Source: Thermoanaerobaculia bacterium
GTDB taxonomy: Bacteria; Acidobacteriota; Thermoanaerobaculia; Multivoradales; Multivoraceae
DNA: 64,000 bases
Assembly: GCA_963664405.1 (NCBI GenBank)
Contig: OY761158.1
Span: 928,001 to 992,000 of the forward strand
Direction: 5' to 3'
Positions 29,738-40,378 of the stretch are shown here, in pieces; the first letter of the stretch is position 1; each line of letters starts with the position of its first letter. A program made the translations under genes and the position numbers. Below the pieces are notes generated by a model. It ran no database searches. It saw nothing but the letters and a program-made list of their open reading frames with translations, and was not told the origin of the DNA.

Positions 29738-31377
29738 ACGAAGAGCGCGCTGCCGGCGGCGGCAGCTACGTACTGCTTACCTTCGACGGCATACGTGATC
29801 GGACAGCTGGCAATCGACCCGCCCAGAGTCGCCTTCCACAGCAGCTCACCCGTCTTCGCATCGAGGGCGTGGAAATAGCCCTCGCGGCCGCCGGCGAAAA
29901 CGAGGTCGGAGGCCGTGCTCAAGACGCCACTCTGAGTGACATCGGTCATCTTGAATCGCCAACGCTGCTCGCCCGTTCGCGGATCGAGAGCCAGTACCGC
30001 ACCGTTGGCGACGTCTTCGGTCCAGTTATTGATCAGTGGGCGACCCCTACCCGTCACGCCCGGCGCTCCGGGGTTCGGACTGGTCGGCGGACCACCCAAG
30101 AAGCGTTGACCGGGTCGGTACTCGACCTCCACCGGTCGGAACACATGTCCGCAGTTCTCCCATGCAGAAACGTAGATCAGCTCGGTGTTGGGGCTGAACG
30201 AAGGAGAAAACCAATTCGTGCCTCCGGGAACGCAAGGGTAGGTCGTCGCTCCGAGGGGTTGAGGGGTCTCGATCGGTCGTCCCTTCTCGTCGAGCCCGCT
30301 AGCCCAGTTGACCTTGACGAAGGGCGTCCCCCTGATGAATTCGCCGGTGGCGCGGTCGAGCACATAAAAGAAGCCGTTGCGGTTTGCCCACAGCATGAGC
30401 TTGTCGCTGCCCACTCCGGTGACGTCTAGATCGACGAGCACAGGAACCTGGACCGCGTCATAGTCATAGTCATCGTTGGGAGTGAACTGGAAGTGCCACT
30501 CGAGCTCGCCGGTATCGGCGTCGAGCGCGACGACAGAGTCGGAGTAGAGGTTGTCGCCGGGTCGTTGGGCCGGATTCCAGTCCGGCCCCGGGTTGCCGAT
30601 GCCCCAGTAAGTGAGGTTGAGCTCGGGGTCGTAGGAGCCGGTGACCCACACCGACGCACCACCATGCTCCCAGGCGTCGCCGCCGCCCTCCCAGGTCTCA
30701 TGGCCAGGCTCCCCGGGCCCCGGGATGGTGTAGAAACGCCACACTTCATCCCCGCTCACGGCATCGTAGGCGGCAATGAACCCGCGGATTCCGTACTCGC
30801 CGCCGGCAACGCCGACGACGACCTTGTCACCGATGACCAGGGGAGCCAGGGTCATCGCGTAGCCCAGACTGGGGTCGGCAACCGCGGTCTTCCAGATCGG
30901 TCGGCCGGAGATGGTGTCGATCGCGATCAACTGCGCGTCGATCGTCGCCATGAACAGAGTCTCGCCGAGAATGGCGAGGCCCCGGTTCACCGAACCACAG
31001 CACGGTCTCGACTCGGAGGAAGGGACGTGCTCATACCTCCAAAAGGCACTTCCGAGCTTGGCGTCGAGAGCGATCACGGTGTTCGGCGCTTCGGTCAGAT
31101 ACATAACACCGTCGACCACCAGCGGAGTGGTCTCGAACTTTTCCAACGACCGAGCCTGGAACACCCACTTCATTTCCAGCTCGCCAACGTTGTCCGGTGC
31201 GATCTGCCGTAACAGACTGTGGCGGGTACTCGCGTAATCGCCGGAATAGGTGAGCCAGTTGTGCGGCTCTTTCGCGGCTTCGAGCAGGCGTTTGGACGTC
31301 ACCTGTGCGCTCAGGCTCTGAGCCGGCAGCATCAGCGAGAGAAGCAACAGGCCGGCACGACTCATGAGTCTGCGCAT
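29713..31377 (-). CDS. PQQ-dependent alcohol dehydrogenase (methanol/ethanol family)
   Basis: CCGSVNRG vicinal Cys pair, GGEYGIRG, GNPGP, TPNDDYDYDAV, NRNGFFYVLDR, GGTNW. Confidence 0.92.
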   Translation of the reverse strand: MRRLMSRAGLLLLSLMLPAQSLSAQVTSKRLLEAAKEPHNWLTYSGDYASTRHSLLRQIAPDNVGELEMKWVFQARSLEKFETTPLVVDGVMYLTEAPNTVIALDAKLGSAFWRYEHVPSSESRPCCGSVNRGLAILGETLFMATIDAQLIAIDTISGRPIWKTAVADPSLGYAMTLAPLVIGDKVVVGVAGGEYGIRGFIAAYDAVSGDEVWRFYTIPGPGEPGHETWEGGGDAWEHGGASVWVTGSYDPELNLTYWGIGNPGPDWNPAQRPGDNLYSDSVVALDADTGELEWHFQFTPNDDYDYDAVQVPVLVDLDVTGVGSDKLMLWANRNGFFYVLDRATGEFIRGTPFVKVNWASGLDEKGRPIETPQPLGATTYPCVPGGTNWFSPSFSPNTELIYVSAWENCGHVFRPVEVEYRPGQRFLGGPPTSPNPGAPGVTGRGRPLINNWTEDVANGAVLALDPRTGEQRWRFKMTDVTQSGVLSTASDLVFAGGREGYFHALDAKTGELLWKATLGGSIASCPITYAVEGKQYVAAAAGSALFVFGLRLQK

Positions 31378-32189
31378 TAGCTCAACCCCTTCAAGGACAG
31401 TAGGTAGGCCAGCACGTCGGCTCTCTCTTCCGCCGTCAGGGTCTCTTCGTACGAAGGCATATCCGAGGAGGTGAGGATCGTGAGCTCGCGGAGAGTGACC
31501 TTTTCCAGCGAGACCAGACGCTCGTGATCGTCGATGAGCTGGACGGTGAAGGTGTCTTCGTTGATGCGGCGACCGTTGATCACCGTCCCATCGCTCTTTA
31601 CGACTCTCACCGGGCGGTTGATCGGTAGTGTCGAGCCTTCCGAACCGAGGATCGCTCGTTCGAGCTGAGCCGCGGTGCGAACGGAGCCTATGTTGCTCAG
31701 ATCCGGCGCGGAGCGCGGCCCTCGACCGAAGACCCTGTGACAGCTTCCGCACTCGCCCTTGCCTTCGAAGAGGGCCTGACCCTGTCCGCCATCACCGAGC
31801 GAGATCGAGCCGAGATTGGCGGTCGTGATGTTGCGAACGTAGGCGACCAGAGCCGTGATCTCGGGGGCGGTGTACTCGGTCGGCGTCATCTGCGTTCCCG
31901 GAATTCCGTCACGAATATTGTTGCCAAGAAGAGCGTCGCTCGGAGAGTTCGGGAAGTCCCCGAGGCGAAGATTGACCTTGCGCTCCATGTCGCCGTTCTC
32001 GCCGTGGCAGGAAACACAGTGATTACTGTAGAGGTAGAACCCGTACTCGATGTCGGTCTGTTCGTAGCCACCCGCATCCTGGGCGCCGAGAGGAAGCCCT
32101 GCCATCACCACCATCGATGCAACTCCGACCGACGCCCGCTTGAACGATCCGTACCCGACCCGTACTATCCACTGCCATCGGTTCTTCAT
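31377..32189 (-). CDS. di-haem cytochrome c
   Basis: CVSCH and CGSCH. The stop overlaps the start of the PQQ dehydrogenase. Start position is uncertain. Confidence 0.88.
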   Translation of the reverse strand: MKNRWQWIVRVGYGSFKRASVGVASMVVMAGLPLGAQDAGGYEQTDIEYGFYLYSNHCVSCHGENGDMERKVNLRLGDFPNSPSDALLGNNIRDGIPGTQMTPTEYTAPEITALVAYVRNITTANLGSISLGDGGQGQALFEGKGECGSCHRVFGRGPRSAPDLSNIGSVRTAAQLERAILGSEGSTLPINRPVRVVKSDGTVINGRRINEDTFTVQLIDDHERLVSLEKVTLRELTILTSSDMPSYEETLTAEERADVLAYLLSLKGLS

Positions 32190-32223
32190 GATTGATGAGA
32201 TTCTACTCACTTCGAGGTAACTC

Positions 32224-33282
32224 GTGCCGCACACTCCCATCGGCCGTCTGACGATACTCCTTGCCGCCGTCGCCACCGGCTGCGGAGCGACCGTCGCGAT
32301 CGCGCAGCGCGGTGCCGATTTCGGCACCGAACCGCCTCATGTCATTCTGGTCATGGCCGATGACCTGGGCTGGGGCCAGACCAGCTACTACGGCCACCCT
32401 CTCCTCGAGACTCCGAACCTCGACGCCATGGCCGACAACGGACTGCGCCTCGACAGGTTCTACGCCGGCGCCCCTTCCTACACTCCGACCCGAGCCAGCG
32501 TGCTCACCGGTCGCAACAACGATCGTACCGGGGCGGTCCGGGTTCCCGGCCCGATCAACAAGCAGGAGAAGATGATGCCGGTCGCCTTTCAGAATGCGGG
32601 CTACGCGACCGCGCATTTCGGCAAATGGCATCTCAACGGGCTCCACGCCAGGCCGGGTTTACCCATCCTGAAAGAAGACCCTTACCATCCCGGTGAGCTG
32701 GGCTTCGACTACTGGCTCAGCTGCTCGAACAATTTCGATCGCGACCCGATCCTGAGTCGCAACGGCGACATCGAAGAATTCGAGGGTGACTCCTCGGAGA
32801 TCCTCGTCGAGGAGGCGCTCAGCTTCATCGAGCGAGAGACGGCCCAAGACAAGCGCGTTTTCGTGGTCATATGGTACTCCTCGCCACACCGGCCGTTGGC
32901 CGCGTCCGAGGAGGACGCCAAGCCCTTTAGCCATCTCGATCCGGGCTCCCGCGACCACCATGGCGAGATTGTGGCGATGGATCGCTCCATCGGCGCCCTA
33001 CGCAGTGGCCTTCGCGACCTCGGCATCGCCGAGAACACTCTGGTCTGGTTCAAGAGCGATAACGGCGGCCTACCCGACATCGACTACGGCCCTGGCTACG
33101 GCCCCATCGTGCCGGATACCACCGGCCATCTGCGAGGATTCAAGAAGGACTCCTACGAGGGCGGTCTGCGGGTGCCTGCGCTGATCGAGTGGCCGGAGCG
33201 CATTCAGCCACGAATCACCCACTACCCCACCAGCACGATGGACATCTTTCCCACCCTGATCGAGGTCGCGGGCCTCGACCCC
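32224..33282 (+). pseudogene. sulfatase with Tyr in place of the catalytic Cys and loss of the C-terminus
   Basis: APSYTPTRASVLTGR where CxPxR is expected. Sulfatase-like sequence ends at IFPTLIEVAGLDP. Confidence 0.75.
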
Positions 33283-35105
33283 CGCCGGCTGCCGAGAACC
33301 GTCCCTATTCACCGTCAGTCGATCGCACTTATCCCGACAACGTCTATTGGGGCGACACCCATCTCCACACCTATCTGTCGGGAGACGCTTTCACTCTCGG
33401 CACCCGCCTCACACCTGAGGACGCCTATCGCTTCGCAAAGGGAGAGACCCTTCGAGCGACCGGCGGCGAGAAAGTACGGCTTCGCCGCCCACTCGACTTT
33501 CTGATGGCGGGCGATCATGCAGAGAATCTGGGAGCGGTGCCGCGGCTCGCAGCCGGTGATCCGAGAGTCGAGGCAAGCGAAGACGGCCGACGCTGGGCGG
33601 AAGTGCTCGCGAGCATTCCAGCGCTACCGGATATTCTGAACGCCGCAGATCCTGAAGGCTTCGATCAGGGCAATCGCGAGCTGGGGATCGCCAAAGGCGC
33701 TTGGCAGGCCGGCTATGCGATCGATGACGACTTCAGGCGCGAGGTCTGGCACGAAGTCATTGCCGTTGCCGAGAAGCACAACGACCCCGGTAGATTCACC
33801 GCCTTTGCCGGCTTCGAGTGGAGCGGGAGGGACCCCGGCATGATCCACAGAAACGTCCTCTTTGCCGGCGGGCCGGAACAGACCCAACAGGTGCTGCCCT
33901 TCTCACGCTTCGACAGCGACAATGAAGAAGACCTCTGGTCCTACCTACAGGACTACATGGATCGGGTCGGGGGCGAAGTGATTGCCATTCCGCACAACAG
34001 CAACCTGAGCGGCGGCCGCATGTTCCGGCCAACCAACTACGACAACCAGCCGTTCACAAGAGCCTACGCCCAGACGCGCTCCTCCTTGGAGCCCATCGTC
34101 GAGGTAACCCAGATCAAAGGCGACAGTGAGACTCACCCGATCATCGCACCTAACGACGAATTCGCCGACTACGAGACCTGGGGCGGCAGCCCTCCCAAGG
34201 CTAAGCCGGGGGCGCCGGCGCCGGACCTCGCCCTCTATGAAGAGAGCGTGGCCAACTCGTATGCCCGCTCGGCGTTGAAGGCAGGGTTGGGTCACGAGGC
34301 CGAGCTGGGGGTGAATCCCTTCAAATTCGGCATGATCGGCAGTACCGACTCCCACACCGCTCTCGCCACCGCCGACGAGGACAACTTCTGGGGCAAGATG
34401 GGCCTCAACGAGCCCAGTCCTTACCGAGCTGTCAAGCAGTGGAGTTTCAGCTCTTCCGGATACGCGGCGGTGTGGGCCGAAGAGAACACCCGAGAATCTC
34501 TGTTTGCGGCGATGAAACGTCGCGAGGTCTATGCCACCACGGGTCCGCGAATGACCGTGCGCTTCTTCGCCGGCTGGGACTACTCCGCCGACGATGCAGC
34601 GAGTCCGAAGCTGTCAGACATCGGCTACGGCAAAGGAGTACCCATGGGCGGCGACCTGGCTCGGGCCCCCACAGGGAAGGTGCCCAGCCTGTTGATTCGA
34701 GCAGTGAAGGACCCCGACGGCGCCAACCTGGATCGCGTGCAAGTGGTCAAAGGCTGGCGCACCAGCTCCGGCGAGCTGCTCGAGCGCGTTTACGACGTAG
34801 CTCTCGCTGATGGCAGAACCGTGGACGCGAAGGGCAAGGTGCAGCCCGTGGGCAGCACGGTCACTCTGCAGGAGCCTACGTACTCGAACAACATTGGCGA
34901 CCCCGAGCTGTATGTGGTTTGGCGCGACCCGGATTTCGATCCCGACGAGCTCGCCTTCTACTACGTGCGAGTGCTGGAGATCCCGACGCCGCGCTGGACG
35001 GCCTACGATGCCAATTTCTACGACCTCGGAGCGCTCCCGAAAGAAGTGCCGGTGATCACACAGGAAAGAGCGTACACCTCGCCGATCTGGTATACGCCCG
35101 AATGA
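33280..35105 (+). pseudogene. DUF3604 (PHP-like metallohydrolase) protein lacking its start and signal peptide
   Basis: YWGDTHLHT, DHAE, HRNV, IPHNSNLS, GSTDSH, QERAYTSPIWY. Upstream of ~33280 the frame lies within the sulfatase sequence. Confidence 0.75.
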
Positions 35106-35109
35106 GGCG

Positions 35110-35220
35110 ATGAGAAGGATCCTTGGATTCACAGTGGCTCTGGCTTTGCTCGGTCCCTTACCGGTGTCGGAAGCATGCCGAGCGCCACTAGAACCAGCAC
35201 GCCATGCCATCCCTCCTTGA
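35110..35220 (+). pseudogene. orphan signal-peptide stub
   Basis: GAGG-containing upstream sequence, MRRILGFTVALALLGPLPVSEA, then a stop 14 codons later. Confidence 0.45.
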
Positions 35221-35290
35221 TTACTCATGGGTTGAAGAGCCGCCGGGAGAATATACTCTCGTCCAACAATTGAGATACGAAGGGACTCCC

Positions 35291-36148
35291 ATGAAGCACG
35301 CGACACTGTCAGCCATCGGCGCCCTTCTCCTGCTCACGAGCGTCAGTCTCGCCGATTCGATCGACTTCGGTCGCGGCGCACTTCCCATCACGATCCCCGC
35401 CGGCTACAGCGCAGAGCGGCCCGGCCCCTTGGTGCTGCTCATCCACGGCTACACCAGTAGCGGCGAAGGGCAGAACAAGTATCTGAAGATCGGAGCGCTG
35501 GCCGATGAGTACGGTTTCTTCTTCGTCGCTCCGGATGGAACGGTCGAGAAGGAGAAAGACAAGAATCGTTTCTGGAACGCATCGAACGCCTGCTGCGACT
35601 TCCAGGGCTCCAAGGTCGACGACTCGGCCTACCTGCGAAGGATCATCGACGAGATGAAGAGCCGCTATTCGATCGACGCCAGGCGCGTGTTCTTGATGGG
35701 CCACTCCAACGGCGGATTCATGGTGCACCGGATGGCGATGGATCACCCTGAGACGATCGCGGGCATCGTCGCCTTGAACGGTGCGGCACCGCCGAAGCTA
35801 TTGGGGCCACGTCCCTATCGACCCGTCAATGTACTGCATATCCACGGCACCGCCGATGAGCTCAACGATTACAAGGGTGGCGACATCTATGGCGCGCGCT
35901 ATCCCGGCGCAAGGGAGTCGGCTGCGAGTTGGGCCGCATTCGCGTGGGGCGCAAGTTTCGGTGTCGATCTGCCGGAGCGGATCGATATCGACTCTTCCCT
36001 CGAAGGGAAGGAGACTGTCGTGACTCAATGGGCCGACGGTCATGTCGAGCTGTGGACGATCGAAGAAGGTGGACACATTCCGCGGTTCCCCGAAGGCTTC
36101 AATCGACGCGTCATCGAGTGGATGTACGCGCATCCGAAGGGGATGTAG
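35291..36148 (+). CDS. secreted esterase, PHB depolymerase/LpqC-like
   Basis: Signal peptide, LIHGY, WNA..ACC, GHSNGG, HIHGTAD, GGH. Confidence 0.85.
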   Translation: MKHATLSAIGALLLLTSVSLADSIDFGRGALPITIPAGYSAERPGPLVLLIHGYTSSGEGQNKYLKIGALADEYGFFFVAPDGTVEKEKDKNRFWNASNACCDFQGSKVDDSAYLRRIIDEMKSRYSIDARRVFLMGHSNGGFMVHRMAMDHPETIAGIVALNGAAPPKLLGPRPYRPVNVLHIHGTADELNDYKGGDIYGARYPGARESAASWAAFAWGASFGVDLPERIDIDSSLEGKETVVTQWADGHVELWTIEEGGHIPRFPEGFNRRVIEWMYAHPKGM

Positions 36149-36228
36149 GAAAGAAACGGCCTGGCGCAAGTAAGTCCCCTCCAGCAAAGACGAATCCTCA
36201 CTGAAAGAAAGGGCAGAGAACTAGGACC

Positions 36229-37005
36229 ATGGAACTACAAGACAAGGTTGCCGTTATTACTGGTGGCGCCGGCGGCATCGGTCGCGCGATGGCCCAGGCG
36301 TTTCTCGACGAAGGCGCCCGCGCCATCGTCCTGGCGGATCTGAGCGAAGAGGCCGTACAGGCGGCTGCGAGTGAGATCGGCTGTGACGGCATTGCCTGCG
36401 ATGTCACCAATGAGGAACAGGTTGCCGCACTGGTCGAGCGGACGCTGGAAAAACACGGTCAGATCGACCTCTTCTGCTCGAACGCGGGCGCCGGTGGCCC
36501 GGGGCTGCTGACCGACGCCGACAACGAGGTATGGCAGAAGCAATGGGAGCTTCACGTGATGGCGCATCTCTACGCCGCACGAGCCGTTCTGCCATCGATG
36601 ATCGCCAGGGGCGGTGGTTACCTGCTCAACACCGCCTCCGCCGCCGGCCTCCTGGCCGCAATGGGCTCCGGCCCCTATACGGTGACCAAGGCGGCGGCCG
36701 TGAAGCTGGCGGAGTTCCTGGCGATCACACACGGGGACGAAGGCATCAAGGTTTCGGTGCTCTGCCCCCAGGGAGTCAACACCGCGATGGCGCCTAAGAG
36801 CCTGGGTGACGGCCAGACCGACGGCGTGATCGAGCCTGAAGCCCTCGCTCAGACGGTTGTCGAGACGCTCAGAGAGGAGCGCTTTCATGTTCTCCCCCAC
36901 CCCGAGGTCGAAGAATATGTGCGTCGAAAGGGCAACGACATCGACCGTTGGCTAGGGGGGATGCAGCGACTCCGGCGGCGCTCAGGTGGCGGCGAGCAGG
37001 CGTAG
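36229..37005 (+). CDS. SDR family oxidoreductase
   Basis: TGGAGGIG, SNAG, YTVTK. Confidence 0.92.
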   Translation: MELQDKVAVITGGAGGIGRAMAQAFLDEGARAIVLADLSEEAVQAAASEIGCDGIACDVTNEEQVAALVERTLEKHGQIDLFCSNAGAGGPGLLTDADNEVWQKQWELHVMAHLYAARAVLPSMIARGGGYLLNTASAAGLLAAMGSGPYTVTKAAAVKLAEFLAITHGDEGIKVSVLCPQGVNTAMAPKSLGDGQTDGVIEPEALAQTVVETLREERFHVLPHPEVEEYVRRKGNDIDRWLGGMQRLRRRSGGGEQA

Positions 37006-37052
37006 TAGAGATCGCACGCCCCAAAACAACTCATTCCTCGAGGAGCCTCCGC

Positions 37053-38849
37053 ATAGAGACTCATGAGTACCGACTCACGACGGTCGCCTTCATGGTGGCG
37101 GCCGTCGCCTCGCTGAACCCATCGCCGGGAGTCGCTCAGGCTCGGTCTTCGGACTTCATTCCGGTGACCGACGCGATGCTGCAGGATCCAGCGCCGGGAG
37201 ACTGGCTGATGTTTCGCCGCACTCTCGACAGTTGGGGCTATAGCCCCTTGGACGAGATCAACCGAGAAAACGTCAGCGAGCTACGGATGGTGTGGTCACG
37301 CGCACTGGCGCCGAGCACCTCGGAGATCACCCCCCTGGCCTACGACGGAGTCCTCTACGTACCGCAGGTGAGCGATGTCATTCAGGCCATCGATGCCCTG
37401 ACCGGCGACCTCATCTGGGACTACACCCGCGAGCTGCCGTCGGATGTCTACACCCACGTCGGCCTCGGCGCCGCCAACAATCGCAACATCGCGATCTACG
37501 GCCGATTCATCATCAACACCAGCGACGACAACTACGCCTTCGCCCTCGATGCAGATTCCGGCGAGATCGCCTGGGAGACCAAGATCTTCGACTACAAGGT
37601 CCATTCCGCCACCCACAGCTCAGGACCGATCATTGCCGACGGCAAGGTCATCTCGGGACGGAGTTGCCGACCCTGGGCTGGGCCGGACGCCTGCGTGATG
37701 ATCGCCCACGACGCTCGCACCGGCAGAGAACTGTGGCGGCGGCGCACGATCCCGGCTCCCGGCGAGCCGGGTGACGAGACCTGGGGCGGTGTTCCCGAGG
37801 AAGATCGGCAGCACGTCGGCACCTGGATGGTTCCGAGCTACGACCCCGAGCTGCGCCTCATCTACTTCGGCACCGGGGTCACGTCGCCGGCACCGAAGTT
37901 CATGCTCGGGGGCATCGACAAGACGCACCTCTACCACAACTCGACGCTTGCGCTCGATGTGGACACGGGTGAGATCAAGTGGTACTTCCAGCATATGAAC
38001 GACCACTGGGACATGGACCATCCTTTCGAGCGCATCCTCCTCGACACCGTCGTCCAACCCGATCCTGAGGCTGTGCGCTGGATCAACCCGGCCCTCCAAT
38101 CCGGGGAAGTCCGGAAGGTCATCACCGGCATTCCCGGCAAGACCGGACTGGTCTACACCCTCGATCGCGAGACCGGCGAGTTTCTGTGGGCAACGCCCAC
38201 GGTTCCGCAGAATGTGATCGACGACATCGACACCACCACCGGGCGAGCCACCGAGAACTCCGAGGTAGTGTTCACAGAGCTCGAGCAGGAAGTCTTCGTG
38301 TGCCCCACCTCGACGGGAGGCAAAGACTGGGAGGCCGGCGCCTATAGCCCCCTCACGAGGACGATGTACTTCCCACTCCACAATGCCTGTGCGGACATGT
38401 TGGTGACCGATAACCTCGATAGCGCTCGGGCCCAAGCGATGAGGCAGAGACTCTCGTCCTACTCGCTGGCCGTAGAACACAAAATCGCCCCGGGCACAGA
38501 CCAGCTGGGAAGCGTGCAAGCGATCTCGGCCGAGACCGGCGAGACCAGATGGCTCTACCGAACGCGGGCGTCGACGACGTCGCTGGTAGCCACCGGTGGC
38601 GGCCTGCTCTTCGGTGGCGACGAGAACGGACGATTCCGCGCCTTCGACCAGGATACCGGCGAGGTCTTGTGGGAGATCAATCTCGGATCGTCGGTGATGG
38701 GCTTTCCGATCAGCTACAGCGTCGACGGACGCCAGTACGTGGCCGTCTCGACCGGCCCGGGCAGAGTCATCAACATGAACATGACCCCCGAGCTCCGCCC
38801 CAGCCGAGGGAGCAACCTCTTCGTGTTTGCCCTCACTAAAGGAGACTAA
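37053..38849 (+). CDS. PQQ-binding dehydrogenase-like beta-propeller protein
   Basis: DWLMFRRT..SWGYSPL, YDPEL, NDHWDMD, GKTG, GGKDW. The SD-aligned codon at 37053 is ATA and the next ATG is 37092. Confidence 0.85.
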   Translation: METHEYRLTTVAFMVAAVASLNPSPGVAQARSSDFIPVTDAMLQDPAPGDWLMFRRTLDSWGYSPLDEINRENVSELRMVWSRALAPSTSEITPLAYDGVLYVPQVSDVIQAIDALTGDLIWDYTRELPSDVYTHVGLGAANNRNIAIYGRFIINTSDDNYAFALDADSGEIAWETKIFDYKVHSATHSSGPIIADGKVISGRSCRPWAGPDACVMIAHDARTGRELWRRRTIPAPGEPGDETWGGVPEEDRQHVGTWMVPSYDPELRLIYFGTGVTSPAPKFMLGGIDKTHLYHNSTLALDVDTGEIKWYFQHMNDHWDMDHPFERILLDTVVQPDPEAVRWINPALQSGEVRKVITGIPGKTGLVYTLDRETGEFLWATPTVPQNVIDDIDTTTGRATENSEVVFTELEQEVFVCPTSTGGKDWEAGAYSPLTRTMYFPLHNACADMLVTDNLDSARAQAMRQRLSSYSLAVEHKIAPGTDQLGSVQAISAETGETRWLYRTRASTTSLVATGGGLLFGGDENGRFRAFDQDTGEVLWEINLGSSVMGFPISYSVDGRQYVAVSTGPGRVINMNMTPELRPSRGSNLFVFALTKGD

Positions 38850-38854
38850 GTCTC

Positions 38855-40339
38855 ATGCCGAAGGTAGTCATCGGTACCGCCTTCCTCGCTCTCGCGTTCG
38901 TTCACCTCGCCTGCACGGCTCCCGCCGCCCAGGCGCCTGATACGAGCGCAGACACAGCGGCGCAGACGCGGCCCAACTTCGTAATCATCTTCGCCGACGA
39001 TCAGGGCTACGGCGATCTGGGTATCTACGGGGCCACCGACTTTGCGACGCCTCGCATCGACAGGTTGGCGCAAGAAGGTCTGCGCTTCACCGCCTTCTAT
39101 GCGCAGCGCTACTGTGGCCCATCGCGAACGGCTCTTCTCACCGGCTCTTACCCCACTCGCGTCGGCGAGTACGGCAATGAGAAGCGAGCCTTCCCCTATG
39201 TACACGAAGAAGAGATCCTCCTGCCTCGAGTGCTCCAGGAAGCCGGCTATGCCACCGCTTGGATCGGCAAGCTCGACATCACCATGCGCCGAAACGGTTT
39301 TCGACCGGAGCTCAACCCGGTGCGGCGCGGCTTCGACTACTGGTTCGGGCCGGTAGGAGCGAACGACAGCGGCGAGGTCCACTGGATCCACCGCAACGAA
39401 GAGAAGATCGAAGAATCCGCGAGGCTCGCCGACCTGACCCGCCGCTACACCGATGAGGCGCTCGACTTCATTCGCCGCAGTCAGGAGCAGCCTTTCTTTC
39501 TCTACGTCGCGCATACCATGCCCCATGTCGTCCTCGACGCTAGCGAGGCCTTTCGTGGCCGCACCTCGCGCCTCTACGGCGACGTCATCGAAGAGCTCGA
39601 TGCCAGTACGGGCGAGATCGTCGACCTGCTCGAGGAGCTCGATCTGGCTGAGAACACCGTCGTCGTCTACACCTCCGACAACGGACCGTGGAGCAATCAC
39701 TCACTGCCGCGTTACGCCGACGACATCGAGCAGCACGCCGGCTCCTCCGGTCCCCTGCGAGGCGCCAAGGCCACCACCTGGGAGGGAGGGATCCGTGTTC
39801 CCGCAGTCGCCTGGGGGCCCGGACTCATCCCGCCGGGCCGAGTGACCTCCGAGATCGCAACGACAATGGATCTACTCCCAACCTTCATCTCGATGGCCGG
39901 TGCTTCACTCCCGGCCGACCGCATTCTCGACGGTCGTGACATCTCGCCGCTGCTTCTCGGAGAGCCCGACGCCACGAGCCCGCACGAGGCGTTCTACTAC
40001 TACACCGAGACTCAGCTAGATGCGGTGCGCAGCGGGCCGTGGAAGCTCGTCTTCCCGCGGCCCGGTCGCGACGATACCGAGTGGCTGCTGTCGAAGACCG
40101 GGAACTTCCTCGGAGAGATTCTCCAGCCCGTGAAGGAGCTCTCCCTCTACAACCTCGAAAGTGACATCGGCGAGCGTCGCAATGTAAGCGGAGAGCACCC
40201 CGACGTAGTGGCACGCCTCGAGACCCTGGCGGAGTCGGCCAGGGATGAGCTAGGCGACTACGACCGTATCGGTGCCGGAGTGCGCTTCTTCGAAGACGGA
40301 GCGAAGTGGCCGAATCGAAAGCGGTGGATCACGCATTGA
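38855..40339 (+). CDS. Cys-type sulfatase
   Basis: ADDQGYGD, CGPSRTALLTG, SDNGPW, WEGGIRVP. Confidence 0.92.
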   Translation: MPKVVIGTAFLALAFVHLACTAPAAQAPDTSADTAAQTRPNFVIIFADDQGYGDLGIYGATDFATPRIDRLAQEGLRFTAFYAQRYCGPSRTALLTGSYPTRVGEYGNEKRAFPYVHEEEILLPRVLQEAGYATAWIGKLDITMRRNGFRPELNPVRRGFDYWFGPVGANDSGEVHWIHRNEEKIEESARLADLTRRYTDEALDFIRRSQEQPFFLYVAHTMPHVVLDASEAFRGRTSRLYGDVIEELDASTGEIVDLLEELDLAENTVVVYTSDNGPWSNHSLPRYADDIEQHAGSSGPLRGAKATTWEGGIRVPAVAWGPGLIPPGRVTSEIATTMDLLPTFISMAGASLPADRILDGRDISPLLLGEPDATSPHEAFYYYTETQLDAVRSGPWKLVFPRPGRDDTEWLLSKTGNFLGEILQPVKELSLYNLESDIGERRNVSGEHPDVVARLETLAESARDELGDYDRIGAGVRFFEDGAKWPNRKRWITH

Positions 40340-40378
40340 CCGACGAAGGGCCAACCGCAGGCAGCGCCAGGCCGCTGA

